A DNA stretch of 64,000 nt, taken from the NCBI GenBank assembly GCA_965262725.1, contig OZ253555.1, positions 1,760,001-1,824,000 on the forward strand, read 5' to 3'. Source of the stretch: Dehalococcoidia bacterium (GTDB lineage: Bacteria > Chloroflexota > Dehalococcoidia > UBA2979). A program made the position numbers and the translations under genes. Below are positions 19,086-29,016 of this stretch, piece after piece. The stretch's first letter is position 1, and each line of letters starts with the position of its first letter. Below the pieces are notes generated by a model. That model did not search any database and was not told the DNA's origin. It saw only the letters and a program-made list of their open reading frames with translations.

Positions 19086-20470
19086 GCGCTCGGGCGCGGG
19101 GGGCGCTCGCAGCCATCGTGGGGCTCGGGCCGCTCCGGCTCGCGGCGCTCGCCGTGCTCGTTGCGCTCGGCGCGTCGGCGAACGCCGTCGTCGGCTACCT
19201 CGTCATCGATGGTCGTCTCGACGGCCAGTGGTACGACATCCGCGACCTCGGCTTCGCGGTCGAGAGGCTGCGGGCGGAGCTCGACGCGGCCGGACCGCCC
19301 GCCCTCTCCTACTGGGTCACGGCGCTCGTCGGCGTCGGCGCCATCCTGACCTTCCTCGGCGGGGTGCTCCTGATCGGGAGCTGGGTCGAGCGCCGGCTGC
19401 TCGCGCGCTTCCAGATCCGCCGCGGCCCCAACCGTGTCGGCCCCTTCGGGCTGCTCCAGCCGCTCGCCGACGCCATCAAGCTGATGCAGAAGGAGGTGCT
19501 GATCCCCCGGGGAGCGGATCGCTTCCTCTACGTGATCCCCCCGGTCGCGGTCTTCATTCCGGCCGTCCTGGCGTGGGGTCCGGTGCCGTGGGCGCCCCGC
19601 ATGACCTACCTCGACGTCAACGTCGGCGTGCTCTACGTGATCGCGGTGAGCTCGCTCGGCGTGCTCGCGCTCTTCATGGCCGGCTGGTCCTCGAACAACC
19701 ACTACGCGCTCCTGGGCGCGATGCGCACGGTGGCGATGATGATCTCCTACGAGATCCCCATCTCGCTCGCGCTCCTCTCCGTGGTGCTGATGACGGGCAC
19801 GCTCCAGCTCTCCGAGATCGTGCTCTGGCAGGAGCAGCACCGGCTCTGGCTGGGGCTGCTGCTCCCGATCGCGTTCGTCACCTTCTTCTTCTCCTCCACC
19901 GCCGAGATCAACCGCACCCCGAACGACATCGCCGAGGCGGAGTCGGAGATCGTCGCCGGCTACCACACGGAGTACTCCGGGATGAAGGCCGGCCTCTTCA
20001 TGGCGGTCGAGCTGGGCAACGCCGTGGTCGTGGGGGCGCTGGTGGCGACCATGTTCCTGGGAGGCTGGTCGCTCTTCGGGCTCGAGACGTGGATCCCGCC
20101 CTACCTGGTGTTTGCCGCCAAGACCGGCGCCGTCTACTTCGTCCTGGTGTGGCTGCGCGGCACGCTGCCGCGCTTCCGCCTCGACCAGCTGATGGGCTTC
20201 GCGTGGAAGTACCTGATCCCGATTTCGATCGTGAACGTCGGCGTGGTCGCCGTGGAGGCGGCGATCCTGGTGCGCCTCGACGCGCCGGGGATCGTGCCGC
20301 TCGGCGCCTTCACCCTCGTCAACGTCGCCCTCGCGGCGGCGCTCGTGCGCTTCGCGATGCCTCAGCCCTTCGGCGGGCCGGGGGGCGCCCGGACGTCGGC
20401 CCACGCGCCCGTCCTCACCACGGTCCTCGGCGGGCTCCGCGCCGCGGAGCGCGTGCGGCCGCTCTCGTGA
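19082..20470 (+). CDS. nuoH: NADH-quinone oxidoreductase subunit H (N-terminally extended)
   Basis: ERR...FQ.R.GPNRVGPFGLLQPLADAIKL, AEAESEIVAGYHTEYSG, LPRFRLDQLM. Confidence 0.94.
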   Translation: MSARARGALAAIVGLGPLRLAALAVLVALGASANAVVGYLVIDGRLDGQWYDIRDLGFAVERLRAELDAAGPPALSYWVTALVGVGAILTFLGGVLLIGSWVERRLLARFQIRRGPNRVGPFGLLQPLADAIKLMQKEVLIPRGADRFLYVIPPVAVFIPAVLAWGPVPWAPRMTYLDVNVGVLYVIAVSSLGVLALFMAGWSSNNHYALLGAMRTVAMMISYEIPISLALLSVVLMTGTLQLSEIVLWQEQHRLWLGLLLPIAFVTFFFSSTAEINRTPNDIAEAESEIVAGYHTEYSGMKAGLFMAVELGNAVVVGALVATMFLGGWSLFGLETWIPPYLVFAAKTGAVYFVLVWLRGTLPRFRLDQLMGFAWKYLIPISIVNVGVVAVEAAILVRLDAPGIVPLGAFTLVNVALAAALVRFAMPQPFGGPGGARTSAHAPVLTTVLGGLRAAERVRPLS

Positions 20471-20510
20471 GCGCCCGCCGGGCAGGGACGCGGGCCGGAG
20501 GGGGCGGCTA

Positions 20511-21050
20511 GTGGAGTCGACCGGGGTCGCCGCCGCCTTCTGGCTGCTCTCCGCCGTCACGATCGGCGGGGCGCTGCTCGTGCTGCTCTCGCGGAACCTG
20601 CTGCACGCGCTCGCCTTCCTGGTGCTCGCCTTCCTCGGAACGGCGGGGCTCTTCCTGACCCTCTCCGCCGACTTCATCGCGGTGGCGCAGGTCCTGATCT
20701 ACGTCGGCGCCATCGCCGTACTCATCGTCTTCGCGATCATGCTCACCCCCCTCGCCTCGCGCGACAACGGAAACTCGCTCTACGCGGTGCCGGGCGCGCT
20801 GCTCGGCCTGGCGACGGCGGCCCTCGTCGCCTTCGCCGCGCTCGACGTGAGCTGGCCCGAGCTCGCCGGCGCGGCGCTCGAGGCGCGCGGCTTCGCCTCG
20901 ACGGTGGGGACGATCGGGGAGCTCTTGCTCGGGCGCTACGTGCTCGCCTTCGAGGTCGCCTCGGCGCTCCTGCTCTTCGCGCTGATCGGGGCGATCGTGC
21001 TCGTGCGCGAGGACGCGCCGGCCGGGCCCGGGGAGGGGCCGGAGCCGTGA
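20511..21050 (+). CDS. nuoJ: NADH-quinone oxidoreductase subunit J
   Basis: A.FIA..QVLIYVGAI.VL..FAIML, Y..AFE.AS.LL..A.IGAI. Confidence 0.92.
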   Translation: MESTGVAAAFWLLSAVTIGGALLVLLSRNLLHALAFLVLAFLGTAGLFLTLSADFIAVAQVLIYVGAIAVLIVFAIMLTPLASRDNGNSLYAVPGALLGLATAALVAFAALDVSWPELAGAALEARGFASTVGTIGELLLGRYVLAFEVASALLLFALIGAIVLVREDAPAGPGEGPEP

Positions 21051-21385
21051 GCGTCGATCTCGCGCCCACGCTCGGGCACTACCTGGTCGTCTCGGGGCTC
21101 GTCTTCGGGCTCGGGACCGCGGTCGCGCTCTCCAAGCGCAATGCCATCGCGGTCCTGATGGGGGTCGAGCTGATGCTGAACGGCGTCAACCTGGCGCTCG
21201 TCGCCTTCTCGCGCTTCGGTGCGGCCTTCGAGGACGAGGCGGCCGCGCTCGCGGGCCACGTCTTCGTGGTCTTCGTGCTGACGGTCGCCGCCGCCGAGGC
21301 CGCGGTCGCGCTCGCGCTCGCCGTGCTCGTCTACCGCCGGCGCGAGACCGTCGACCTCGATCGCCTCACGTCGATGCGCTGGTAG
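21047..21385 (+). CDS. nuoK: NADH-quinone oxidoreductase subunit K
   Basis: RN.I..LM.VELMLN.VNL, VAAAEAAV.LA. Confidence 0.94.
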   Translation: MSVDLAPTLGHYLVVSGLVFGLGTAVALSKRNAIAVLMGVELMLNGVNLALVAFSRFGAAFEDEAAALAGHVFVVFVLTVAAAEAAVALALAVLVYRRRETVDLDRLTSMRW

Positions 21386-21397
21386 GGGGCGGATGGA

Positions 21398-21586
21398 ATG
21401 TGGGTTCGCTTCATGGAGCTGCCGGACGGCTACGCCGCCGAAATATGGCAGGAGCTCTTCCACCAGCAGGCGCTCCCGGTGCGCGTCGTCCCGCCGCTCG
21501 AGGTGGGCCCGATGAGCGTGCCGCGGGAGATCTGGGTCCCCGACGGGAAGACCCACGTCGCCCGCGAGGTGCTGAACAAGATATGA
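21398..21586 (+). CDS. Small hypothetical protein (62 aa, possibly DUF2007-like)
   Basis: Fills the nuoK-nuoL gap; GC-skewed codon usage and a purine-rich RBS. Confidence 0.65.
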   Translation: MWVRFMELPDGYAAEIWQELFHQQALPVRVVPPLEVGPMSVPREIWVPDGKTHVAREVLNKI

Positions 21587-21629
21587 GCGGCGCCGCACCC
21601 CCGCCGATCGCGCTCGTGCGGGCTTCGCT

Positions 21630-23561
21630 GTGATGCCCGGGTTGGGCGACATCCCCGAGGGGGCCCTGTGGGCGATCTACCTCGCGCCCTTCGCCTCGGC
21701 CGCGGTGATCGCCGCGGTGCTGCGCGGGCGCCCGCTCGCGGCCGGACGGCTCACGATCGCCGCGGTCGGCCTCACCTGGCTCCTCTCGCTCTGGGCCCTC
21801 GCGAGCGCGCTCGAGCACGACGGCGAGCCGCTTCAGCTCGCCGCGCACTCCTGGTTCGCCGCGGGCGGCTTCGAGATGGAGGTGGGCCTCCACCTGGACG
21901 GCCTGACCGCCGTGATGCTGGTCGTGGTGACGTCGGTCGCGCTCCTGGTCCAGGTCTACTCCACCGGCTACATGCACGGGGACCCCGGCTACTCCCGCTA
22001 CTTCGCCTACATGTCGCTCTTCACCGGTTCGATGCTCGGCCTCGTGCTCGCCTCGAACCTGGTGCAGCTCTTCGTGCACTGGGAGCTCGTGGGGCTCTGC
22101 TCTTACCTCCTGATCGGCTTCTGGTTCGACCGCCCCTCCGCGGCCGCCGCGGCGAAGAAGGCCTTCATCGTCACGCGCTTCGGCGATCTCGGCTTTCTGC
22201 TGGCGGTGCTGCTGATCGGGACCAAGGCCGGGCTCTTCGACATCCAGGCCATCAACGAGCTCGCGCACTCGGGCGCGCTCGGGGGCGCCGTGCTCACCGG
22301 CTTCACGCTCGGACTGCTCGCGGGCGCGGTGGGGAAGTCGGCGCAGTTCCCGCTGCACATCTGGCTGCCGGACGCGATGGAGGGCCCGACTCCGGTCTCC
22401 GCGCTGATCCACGCGGCGACGATGGTCGCGGCCGGCGTCTACCTGCTCGCCCGCTTCTTTCCCTCGCTCGACGCCGCGCCCGCCGAGGTCGCGACGCTCG
22501 TCGCCTACACCGGTGGGCTCACCGCTCTGCTCGCGGCGACGATGGGCGTGGTCGCGACCGATATCAAGCGGGTCCTCGCCTACTCGACGATCTCCCAGCT
22601 CGGCTACATGGTGATGGCGCTCGGGGTCGGCGGATACGTCGCCGCCGTCTTCCACCTCTTCACGCACGCCTTCTTCAAGGCGCTGCTCTTCCTGGGCTCG
22701 GGCTCGGTGAACCACGCGACGGGGACCTTCGACATGCGGCTGATGGGCGGGCTCTCCCGCGCGATGCCGGTGACCTTCGCGACCTTCGTGGTGGGCTCGC
22801 TCTCGCTTGCCGGCGTCTTCCCGCTCGCCGGGTTCTGGAGCAAGGACGAGATCCTGCTCGACGCCTGGATCCACCACGAGTGGGTGCTCTTTGCAATCGG
22901 CGTCGGCGTGGCGGCCCTGACCGCGCTCTACATGTTCCGCGCCATCTTCCTCACCTTCCTCGGCGAGTACGCCGGGGGCGGCGGCGAGCGCGGCGGTCAC
23001 GCCGGCGCGCCGCACGAGTCGCCGGTCTCGATGTGGGTGCCGCTGGTGCTGCTCGCCGTCCCAGCGGTGACCATTGGCTGGCTCAACGTCGGCGGCGGCT
23101 TCGGCGCGTTCGTCGAGGGGGCCCTCCCCGAGGACATGCGCCACTTCGAGTTCGACATCCACCCGGTCGTGCTCGTGAGCTCGACGCTCGCCGCTCTCGG
23201 CGGCATCGGGGCCGCCGCCGCCATCTACCTCTATCGCTCGCCCCCGCCTGAGCGCCTGCGCGCGGCCTTCGGCCCGCTCGCGGGCCTGGTCGAGCGCAAG
23301 TACTACCTCGACGAGCTTGCGGAGACGGTGGTCGTGCGGTGGGTGCTCAACGGGGGCATCGGGCGTGCGGCGGCGGCCGCCGACCGCGTCGTCGTCGACG
23401 GCTGCGTGAACGGTGTCGGCCGCCTCTCGCTCGCCGCCGGCGACGCCGTCAGGCGCGCGGAAACCGGGCAGCTGCAGGCCTACACCTCGATGCTCCTCGC
23501 CGGCGTCGTGGTCGCCTCGGTGCTGCTCTTCGTCTTCGGGGGCGAGGTGCTCGCCAGATGA
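21630..23561 (+). CDS. nuoL: NADH-quinone oxidoreductase subunit L
   Basis: YS.GYM..D, WELVGLCSYLLIGFW, KSAQFPLH.WLPDAMEGPTPVSALIHAATMV. Confidence 0.96.
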   Translation: MMPGLGDIPEGALWAIYLAPFASAAVIAAVLRGRPLAAGRLTIAAVGLTWLLSLWALASALEHDGEPLQLAAHSWFAAGGFEMEVGLHLDGLTAVMLVVVTSVALLVQVYSTGYMHGDPGYSRYFAYMSLFTGSMLGLVLASNLVQLFVHWELVGLCSYLLIGFWFDRPSAAAAAKKAFIVTRFGDLGFLLAVLLIGTKAGLFDIQAINELAHSGALGGAVLTGFTLGLLAGAVGKSAQFPLHIWLPDAMEGPTPVSALIHAATMVAAGVYLLARFFPSLDAAPAEVATLVAYTGGLTALLAATMGVVATDIKRVLAYSTISQLGYMVMALGVGGYVAAVFHLFTHAFFKALLFLGSGSVNHATGTFDMRLMGGLSRAMPVTFATFVVGSLSLAGVFPLAGFWSKDEILLDAWIHHEWVLFAIGVGVAALTALYMFRAIFLTFLGEYAGGGGERGGHAGAPHESPVSMWVPLVLLAVPAVTIGWLNVGGGFGAFVEGALPEDMRHFEFDIHPVVLVSSTLAALGGIGAAAAIYLYRSPPPERLRAAFGPLAGLVERKYYLDELAETVVVRWVLNGGIGRAAAAADRVVVDGCVNGVGRLSLAAGDAVRRAETGQLQAYTSMLLAGVVVASVLLFVFGGEVLAR

Positions 23562-23577
23562 TCGGGGCGAAGCGGCC

Positions 23578-25047
23578 ATGCTGACGGTGCTCCTCTTCCT
23601 CCCGGCGCTGGGGGCCGCCTTCGTCGCGCTGCTCCCGCGGGAGCGCGAGCGCGACGCACGCTGGCTGGCGCTCGTGGTGAGCGCGGCGACGCTCGCCCTG
23701 GCCGTGATCGTCTTCGTCGCGCACGAGAGCGGTGCGCCCGGCTACCAGTACGTCGATCGCTTCGAGTGGATCCGGGCGGCGGGGGCGGGCTTCTCCGTGC
23801 AATACGCGCTCGGCGTGGACGGGCTCTCGGCGCCGATGGTGCTGCTCAACGGCCTCCTGTCCGTGGTCGCCGTGCTGGTCTCCTTCGGCATCACCGACCG
23901 CCCGCGCGCCTTCTTCGCCTGGCTGCTCCTGCTCGAGACGGCGGCGATGGGGGTCTTCCTCTCGCTGGATCTGCTGCAGTTCTTCGTCTTCTGGGAGCTG
24001 GAGCTGCTCCCGATGTACATGCTGATCAGCGGCTGGGGCACCGGCCGCCGCGAGTACAGCGCGATGAAGTTCGTGCTCTACACGCTCGCGGGCTCGGCCT
24101 TCATGCTCGTCGGCTTCCTGGTGCTCGGCCTCGCGGCCGGGACTTTCGACATCGAGGTCCTCACGCAGGAGCCCGTCACCGACGCCGCGATCCCGCTCTC
24201 CCTGGTCTTCTGGGCGGTGATGGCGGCCTTCCTCGTGAAGCTCCCGGTCGTCCCGCTGCACACCTGGCTCCCGGACGCCCACACCGACGCTCCGACGGCG
24301 GTCTCGGTGATCCTCGCCGGCGTGCTCCTGAAGATGGGCGGATACGGGATCCTGCGCATCGCCCTGCCGCTCCTCCCCGGCGAGGCGCGGGATTTCGCCC
24401 CGCTGCTTGCCGCGCTCGCCGGCATCTCGGTGCTCTACGGGGCGGTGATCACGCTCCAGCAGCGCGATCTCAAGCGGCTCGTCGCCTACTCGTCCGTCTC
24501 GCACATGGGCTACGTGCTGCTCGGCGTCTCGGCCCTGGGCACGACCGCGCTCACGGGCGCCGCGCTCCAGATGTTCACCCACGGCCTGATCACCGGGCTG
24601 CTCTTCGTCACAGTCGGCCTCATCTACGACCGTACCCACACGCGCGAGATCTCCGAGCTGCGCGGTCTCATGCACCGCCTCCCCCTGATCGGCGTCGTGA
24701 TGGTGGTGGCGGGTCTCGCCTCGCTGGGGCTGCCCGGCCTCGCCGGCTTCGTCGCCGAGTTCACGACGTTCGTGGGCGCGATCCAGGCGCAGCCGGCCGC
24801 GACGATCGCGGGCGTCGGCGGCATCGTGCTCGCCGCCGGCTACATCCTCTGGACGGTCGAGCGCGTCTTCACCGGCCCTCCCGACGAGAGGTGGCGCGAT
24901 CTCACCGACGCGACCGCGTGGTGGGAGCGCGCCGCGATGGGTTCGCTGGTGCTCGTCATCCTCGCCGTGGGGATCTTCCCGAGGCCGCTGGCCGAGGTCG
25001 TCGAGCACGGTGTTGCCCCGATCGCCGCGCTGGTGGGGGCCGCCTGA
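23578..25047 (+). CDS. nuoM: NADH-quinone oxidoreductase subunit M
   Basis: GVDGLS, FWELELLPMY, PLHTWLPDAH..APT, LLKMGGYG, KRLVAYSSVSHMG. Confidence 0.95.
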   Translation: MLTVLLFLPALGAAFVALLPRERERDARWLALVVSAATLALAVIVFVAHESGAPGYQYVDRFEWIRAAGAGFSVQYALGVDGLSAPMVLLNGLLSVVAVLVSFGITDRPRAFFAWLLLLETAAMGVFLSLDLLQFFVFWELELLPMYMLISGWGTGRREYSAMKFVLYTLAGSAFMLVGFLVLGLAAGTFDIEVLTQEPVTDAAIPLSLVFWAVMAAFLVKLPVVPLHTWLPDAHTDAPTAVSVILAGVLLKMGGYGILRIALPLLPGEARDFAPLLAALAGISVLYGAVITLQQRDLKRLVAYSSVSHMGYVLLGVSALGTTALTGAALQMFTHGLITGLLFVTVGLIYDRTHTREISELRGLMHRLPLIGVVMVVAGLASLGLPGLAGFVAEFTTFVGAIQAQPAATIAGVGGIVLAAGYILWTVERVFTGPPDERWRDLTDATAWWERAAMGSLVLVILAVGIFPRPLAEVVEHGVAPIAALVGAA

Positions 25048-25093
25048 TGCGGCGGCCGTCGGCGCGGGGGAGCTGCCCGCGGGGAGGTGCCTC

Positions 25094-26647
25094 GTGGAGC
25101 TGACGGGCTTCGCCCAGATCCACGCCATCGGCGCCTCCGCGTCCCTGTTCGCCGGCGCGGGTCTCGTGCTGCTCGTGCAGCTCGCCTCGCCCCTCCGGGC
25201 GCGGCGCGGGGGTGCAGAGGGCGGAGCCGTGCGCTCGCCGTCCCTCCCCCTCGCGCTCCTCGCCCTTGCCGTGGCGGCGGTCTGGTCGCTCTGGCACGAG
25301 GCGACCGGGAGCTCCGGATCGGTGCTCGACGGCGCGGTGGTGATCGACCGCTTCGCCGTCTTCTTCGCGCTCCTGCTCACCGCCTCCGCGGCGGCCGTCG
25401 CCGTTGTCGCGCGCGAGTGGGCGCAGGGGCTCGGCGACGAGCTCGCCGCCGATTTCTACGCGCTGCTCCTCGCCTCGGTCGGCGCGATGGTGCTGCTCGC
25501 TCAGGCGAACGACCTGGTGGCGATCTTCGTCGCGCTTGAGACGACCTCCATCGCGCAGTTCGTGCTGGTCGGGCTCGGCGGCGGCGGCCGCTCGGCGGAG
25601 GCCGGGCTCAAGTACGTGCTCTCGGGCGCGGTGGCGGCCGCCGTGCTGCTCTACGGCTTCGTCTTCCTCTTCGGCGCGGCGGGCACGACCTCGCTCCCCG
25701 GCATTGCCGAGGTCGCTAGCTCGGACGAGGGCGGACTCCGGCTCGCCCTCCTGCTCGGCCTGGCGCTCGTCCTGGTCGGTCTCGGTTTCAAGATGGCGCT
25801 CGTGCCCTCGCACGGCTGGGTGCCGGACGTCTACCAGGGCGCGCCTCCCCCCGTCGCCGCCTTCCTCTCGGTGGCGTCGAAGGCGGCGGGCTTCGCGGTG
25901 GCGCTGCGCATCATCTACGTGGGCCTCGGGGGCGGCGCCTCGTCGATCGCCGGCGAGATCGCGGTGACGGTCGGCGTCGTCGCCGCCGTCTCGATGACGG
26001 CCGGCAACCTGGGCGCCTTCTGGCAGCAGGACGCGCGGCGTCTCCTGGGCTACTCCTCGGTGGCTCAGGCGGGCAACATCGCGATCGGCGTCGCGGCGCT
26101 GGTCGCCGGGAGCGCGATCGGGCCCTCCGCGGTCCTCTTCTTCCTCGCGACGTACGTCGCGACCAATCTCGGCCTCTTCTTCGTCGTGATCGCGGTCGGC
26201 CAGCGGACCGGCTCCTATGAGCTCTCCGTGTACGAGGGGCTGGCGTGGCGTTCCCCGCTCCTCGCCGGCGTGCTCGGGCTGTGCCTGCTCTCGCTGATCG
26301 GACTCCCCCCGACGGCCGGATTCCTCGCGAAGCTCTACATCTTCAACGCGGCCATCCAGGCCGATCAGCAGTGGCTGGTGGCGCTGGTCATGGTCGGCGT
26401 CCTCAACACGGCGATCTCCGCCTTCTACTACCTGCGCTGGGCGAGGCTCCTGGTGAAGGGGACGCGGGTAGCCGCGACCCCCGCCGAGGAGGGCGTCCGC
26501 CCGCCGGAGCCGGCCTCGCTGTTGCCGCAGGCGCCCGCTCAGCTGCTCCTCATCGTGGCGGCGGCGGCGGTGCTTGTGTTCGGACTCGTGCCGACGCCCC
26601 TGATTTCGGCGGCCCGTCGGGCGGCGGAAGCACTGGTAGCTCTCTGA
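25094..26647 (+). CDS. nuoN: NADH-quinone oxidoreductase subunit N
   Basis: EAGLKY, GFKMALVP.H.W.PDVYQGAP, RRLLGYSS, GLPPTAGF..K; GGGGAGG RBS before GTG 25094. Confidence 0.93.
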   Translation: MELTGFAQIHAIGASASLFAGAGLVLLVQLASPLRARRGGAEGGAVRSPSLPLALLALAVAAVWSLWHEATGSSGSVLDGAVVIDRFAVFFALLLTASAAAVAVVAREWAQGLGDELAADFYALLLASVGAMVLLAQANDLVAIFVALETTSIAQFVLVGLGGGGRSAEAGLKYVLSGAVAAAVLLYGFVFLFGAAGTTSLPGIAEVASSDEGGLRLALLLGLALVLVGLGFKMALVPSHGWVPDVYQGAPPPVAAFLSVASKAAGFAVALRIIYVGLGGGASSIAGEIAVTVGVVAAVSMTAGNLGAFWQQDARRLLGYSSVAQAGNIAIGVAALVAGSAIGPSAVLFFLATYVATNLGLFFVVIAVGQRTGSYELSVYEGLAWRSPLLAGVLGLCLLSLIGLPPTAGFLAKLYIFNAAIQADQQWLVALVMVGVLNTAISAFYYLRWARLLVKGTRVAATPAEEGVRPPEPASLLPQAPAQLLLIVAAAAVLVFGLVPTPLISAARRAAEALVAL

Positions 26648-27189
26648 CGGGCGCGGGGGCGGGCCGCCACGAGCTCACGATCGAGCTCGACGAGGCGCTC
26701 TCACGGGAGTTCCGCGACGCGGTGGGGGAGGCGGATCTCCCCGCGCTTCTCGCCGCGCTTCTGGACGAGGAGGGCGGGGGGGCGGTGGCGCTCTCGGTGC
26801 GGCTCGCGGACGACGCGGCGCTACGTGATCTGAACCGCTCGTTCCGCGGACTCGACGAGCCCACCGACGTGCTCTCGTTTCCCCTCGAGGAGGCGGCCGC
26901 CGGGGACGTTGCCTTCCCGCGGGCGCCGGGCGAACAGGTCGCGCGCGAGCTCGGCGACATCGTGATCTCCGTGCAGTGGGCGGCCCGGCAGGCGGAGCAG
27001 GCCGGGCGGCCGCTTCCGCTCGAGCTGCGCCACCTCGCTCTCCATGGGGCGCTGCACCTCCTGGGGCACGGTCACGAGGGCGCCTCAGAGGAGCGGGCGC
27101 TCCGGGCCCGCGAGGAGCGGCACCTCGGCGCCGCCATCCATGACGAGCCGGCCGGTGGGGCCGGGGCCGCTGGCGGCGCGGGCGACTGA
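26644..27189 (+). CDS. ybeY: rRNA maturation endoribonuclease YbeY
   Basis: LNR.FRG.D.PTDVLSF, LGDIVIS, HGALHLLGH.H; start uncertain (CTG overlapping the nuoN stop). Confidence 0.88.
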   Translation: MTGAGAGRHELTIELDEALSREFRDAVGEADLPALLAALLDEEGGGAVALSVRLADDAALRDLNRSFRGLDEPTDVLSFPLEEAAAGDVAFPRAPGEQVARELGDIVISVQWAARQAEQAGRPLPLELRHLALHGALHLLGHGHEGASEERALRAREERHLGAAIHDEPAGGAGAAGGAGD

Positions 27190-27306
27190 GCCGGCCGGCG
27201 GCGCCCCCGGTGGCGGGGTTTCCCCGCATGGAAGTCCCCCGGCGGGCCGGGCGGGGTACACTCGACGGGAGCGCGCCCGCACCTCCCCGCGGGCGCCGGG
27301 GGTGCT

Positions 27307-29001
27307 GTGGCGCACGAGGTTCTCTACCGGCGCTGGCGGCCGAACCGCTTCGCGGAGGTCGTGGGGCAGGAGCCCGTCACGACGACGCTCCGTCACGCGG
27401 TGGCGGCCGGGAGCCCGGCTCACGCCTACCTCTTCACCGGGCCGCGCGGCACCGGCAAGACCAGCACGGGACGGATACTGGCGACCGCCGTCAACTGCCT
27501 TCAGCCGGCGGACGGGGAACCCTGCGGCGCGTGCGGGAGCTGTCGCTCCTTTGACGCGGGGGCGGCCCTCGACCTCATCGAGCTCGACGCCGCCTCGAAC
27601 CGCGGCATCGACGAGATCCGCGACCTGCGGGAGGGGACCGGCTACGCGCCGGCCGCCGCCACCTACAAGCTCTACCTCGTCGACGAGGTGCACATGCTCA
27701 CCGACGCGGCATTCAACGCGCTTCTCAAGACGCTCGAGGAGCCGCCTCCGCACGTCATCTTCGTGCTCGCGACAACAGAGCCGCACCGCGTCCCGGCCAC
27801 CATCAGCTCGCGCTGCCAGCGCTTCGACTTCCGCCGCATCGGTACGACGGAGACCATCGCGGAGCTGCGGCGCGTCGCCTCGGGCGAGGGCATCGACGCC
27901 ACGGACGAGGCGCTCGATCTGATCGCGCGTCACGCGACCGGCTCGTTGCGCGACGCCATCAGCCTCCTCGACCAGCTCTCCTCCTACGGGGATGGAAGCC
28001 TCGACGAGGCCTCCGTGCGAGCGGGGCTCGGGCTCGCCGTGGATTCCCGCGCGGCGGAGCTCACGCGGGCGGCCGTCCGCCGCGAGCTCGCCCCGGGCCT
28101 CTCCGTTCTCGGCGCGGCGCGCGACGATGGCCTCGAGATCCGGGCCTTCATGCGCGAGGTCGTCGCGACACTCCGCTCGCTGCTCTTGCTCAAGGCCGGC
28201 GCCGAGTCCCGCGTCATCGGCCTCTCGCAGGCGGAGGCCGCGGATCTGGGGGAGCTCGCGCGCGAGGCCGAGGTCGACGACGTGGTCGCGGCCCTGCGGG
28301 CGCTCGGGCAGATCAACTTCGCGGGCGATGCCTATGACTCGCTCCCCGCCGAGATCGCCTTCGCCGAGCTCGTGCTCGGCCCCACGTCCGCACCCGCCGC
28401 GGACCCGGCACCGGCGCAGCAGGCTCAGGCGGCCGGGGGCCCGCCGCCTCGACCCGCCCGCTCGCGAGCCCCGGCCGCGCCGGTGCGTGCGCCGCGTTCG
28501 CGGGCGACCGCTCCGCCAGCCGCATCCCAGCCCCGGCCCGCGGTCCAGCCTCCGGCGCGGGGCGACCCGGGTGACGCCCCAGCCGAGACGGAGCCCGGGC
28601 CGCCCGTGCTCCCGGGGGAGGGAGAGGTTCCCGCGGAGCTGGCGCGGGCCCGCGAGAAGTGGCCCCTGATCCAGGAGAGGGCCCGGCGGCGGCACAGCAA
28701 GGCCGGCGCGCTCCTGAACTCGGGCTGCTACATCAAGGCCATCGACGGCGACCGCCTCGAGATCGGCTTCCGCTTCCCGACCCACGTCGATCTCGTCTCC
28801 AACGCCGAGGACGGCGCCGTGATGCAGGCGATCCGGGAGGCGGCCGCCGAAGCCCTCGACCGGCCCGTCGAGGTCGTTCCGGTGCTGTGGGCGGAGCTGG
28901 CACAGATCCCGCGATCCTCCCGGGCGGCGCCCCGGAGCTCGGCCGGGGGGCACCTGGTCGAGGAGGCCCTGCAGCTGGGCGCGGCGCGTGTCGACGAGTA
29001 G
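27307..29001 (+). CDS. dnaX: DNA polymerase III subunit gamma/tau
   Basis: LYRRWRP..F, GPRGTGKT, DEVHML, NALLKTLEEPP, SRCQ. Confidence 0.96.
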   Translation: MAHEVLYRRWRPNRFAEVVGQEPVTTTLRHAVAAGSPAHAYLFTGPRGTGKTSTGRILATAVNCLQPADGEPCGACGSCRSFDAGAALDLIELDAASNRGIDEIRDLREGTGYAPAAATYKLYLVDEVHMLTDAAFNALLKTLEEPPPHVIFVLATTEPHRVPATISSRCQRFDFRRIGTTETIAELRRVASGEGIDATDEALDLIARHATGSLRDAISLLDQLSSYGDGSLDEASVRAGLGLAVDSRAAELTRAAVRRELAPGLSVLGAARDDGLEIRAFMREVVATLRSLLLLKAGAESRVIGLSQAEAADLGELAREAEVDDVVAALRALGQINFAGDAYDSLPAEIAFAELVLGPTSAPAADPAPAQQAQAAGGPPPRPARSRAPAAPVRAPRSRATAPPAASQPRPAVQPPARGDPGDAPAETEPGPPVLPGEGEVPAELARAREKWPLIQERARRRHSKAGALLNSGCYIKAIDGDRLEIGFRFPTHVDLVSNAEDGAVMQAIREAAAEALDRPVEVVPVLWAELAQIPRSSRAAPRSSAGGHLVEEALQLGAARVDE

Positions 29002-29016
29002 CCGGCGGCGCCCGAG

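Noticed and set aside
27190-27306. SRP RNA (ffs) upstream of dnaX
   Set aside because: The conserved CAGG..GGAA..AGCAG helix-8 motif is absent
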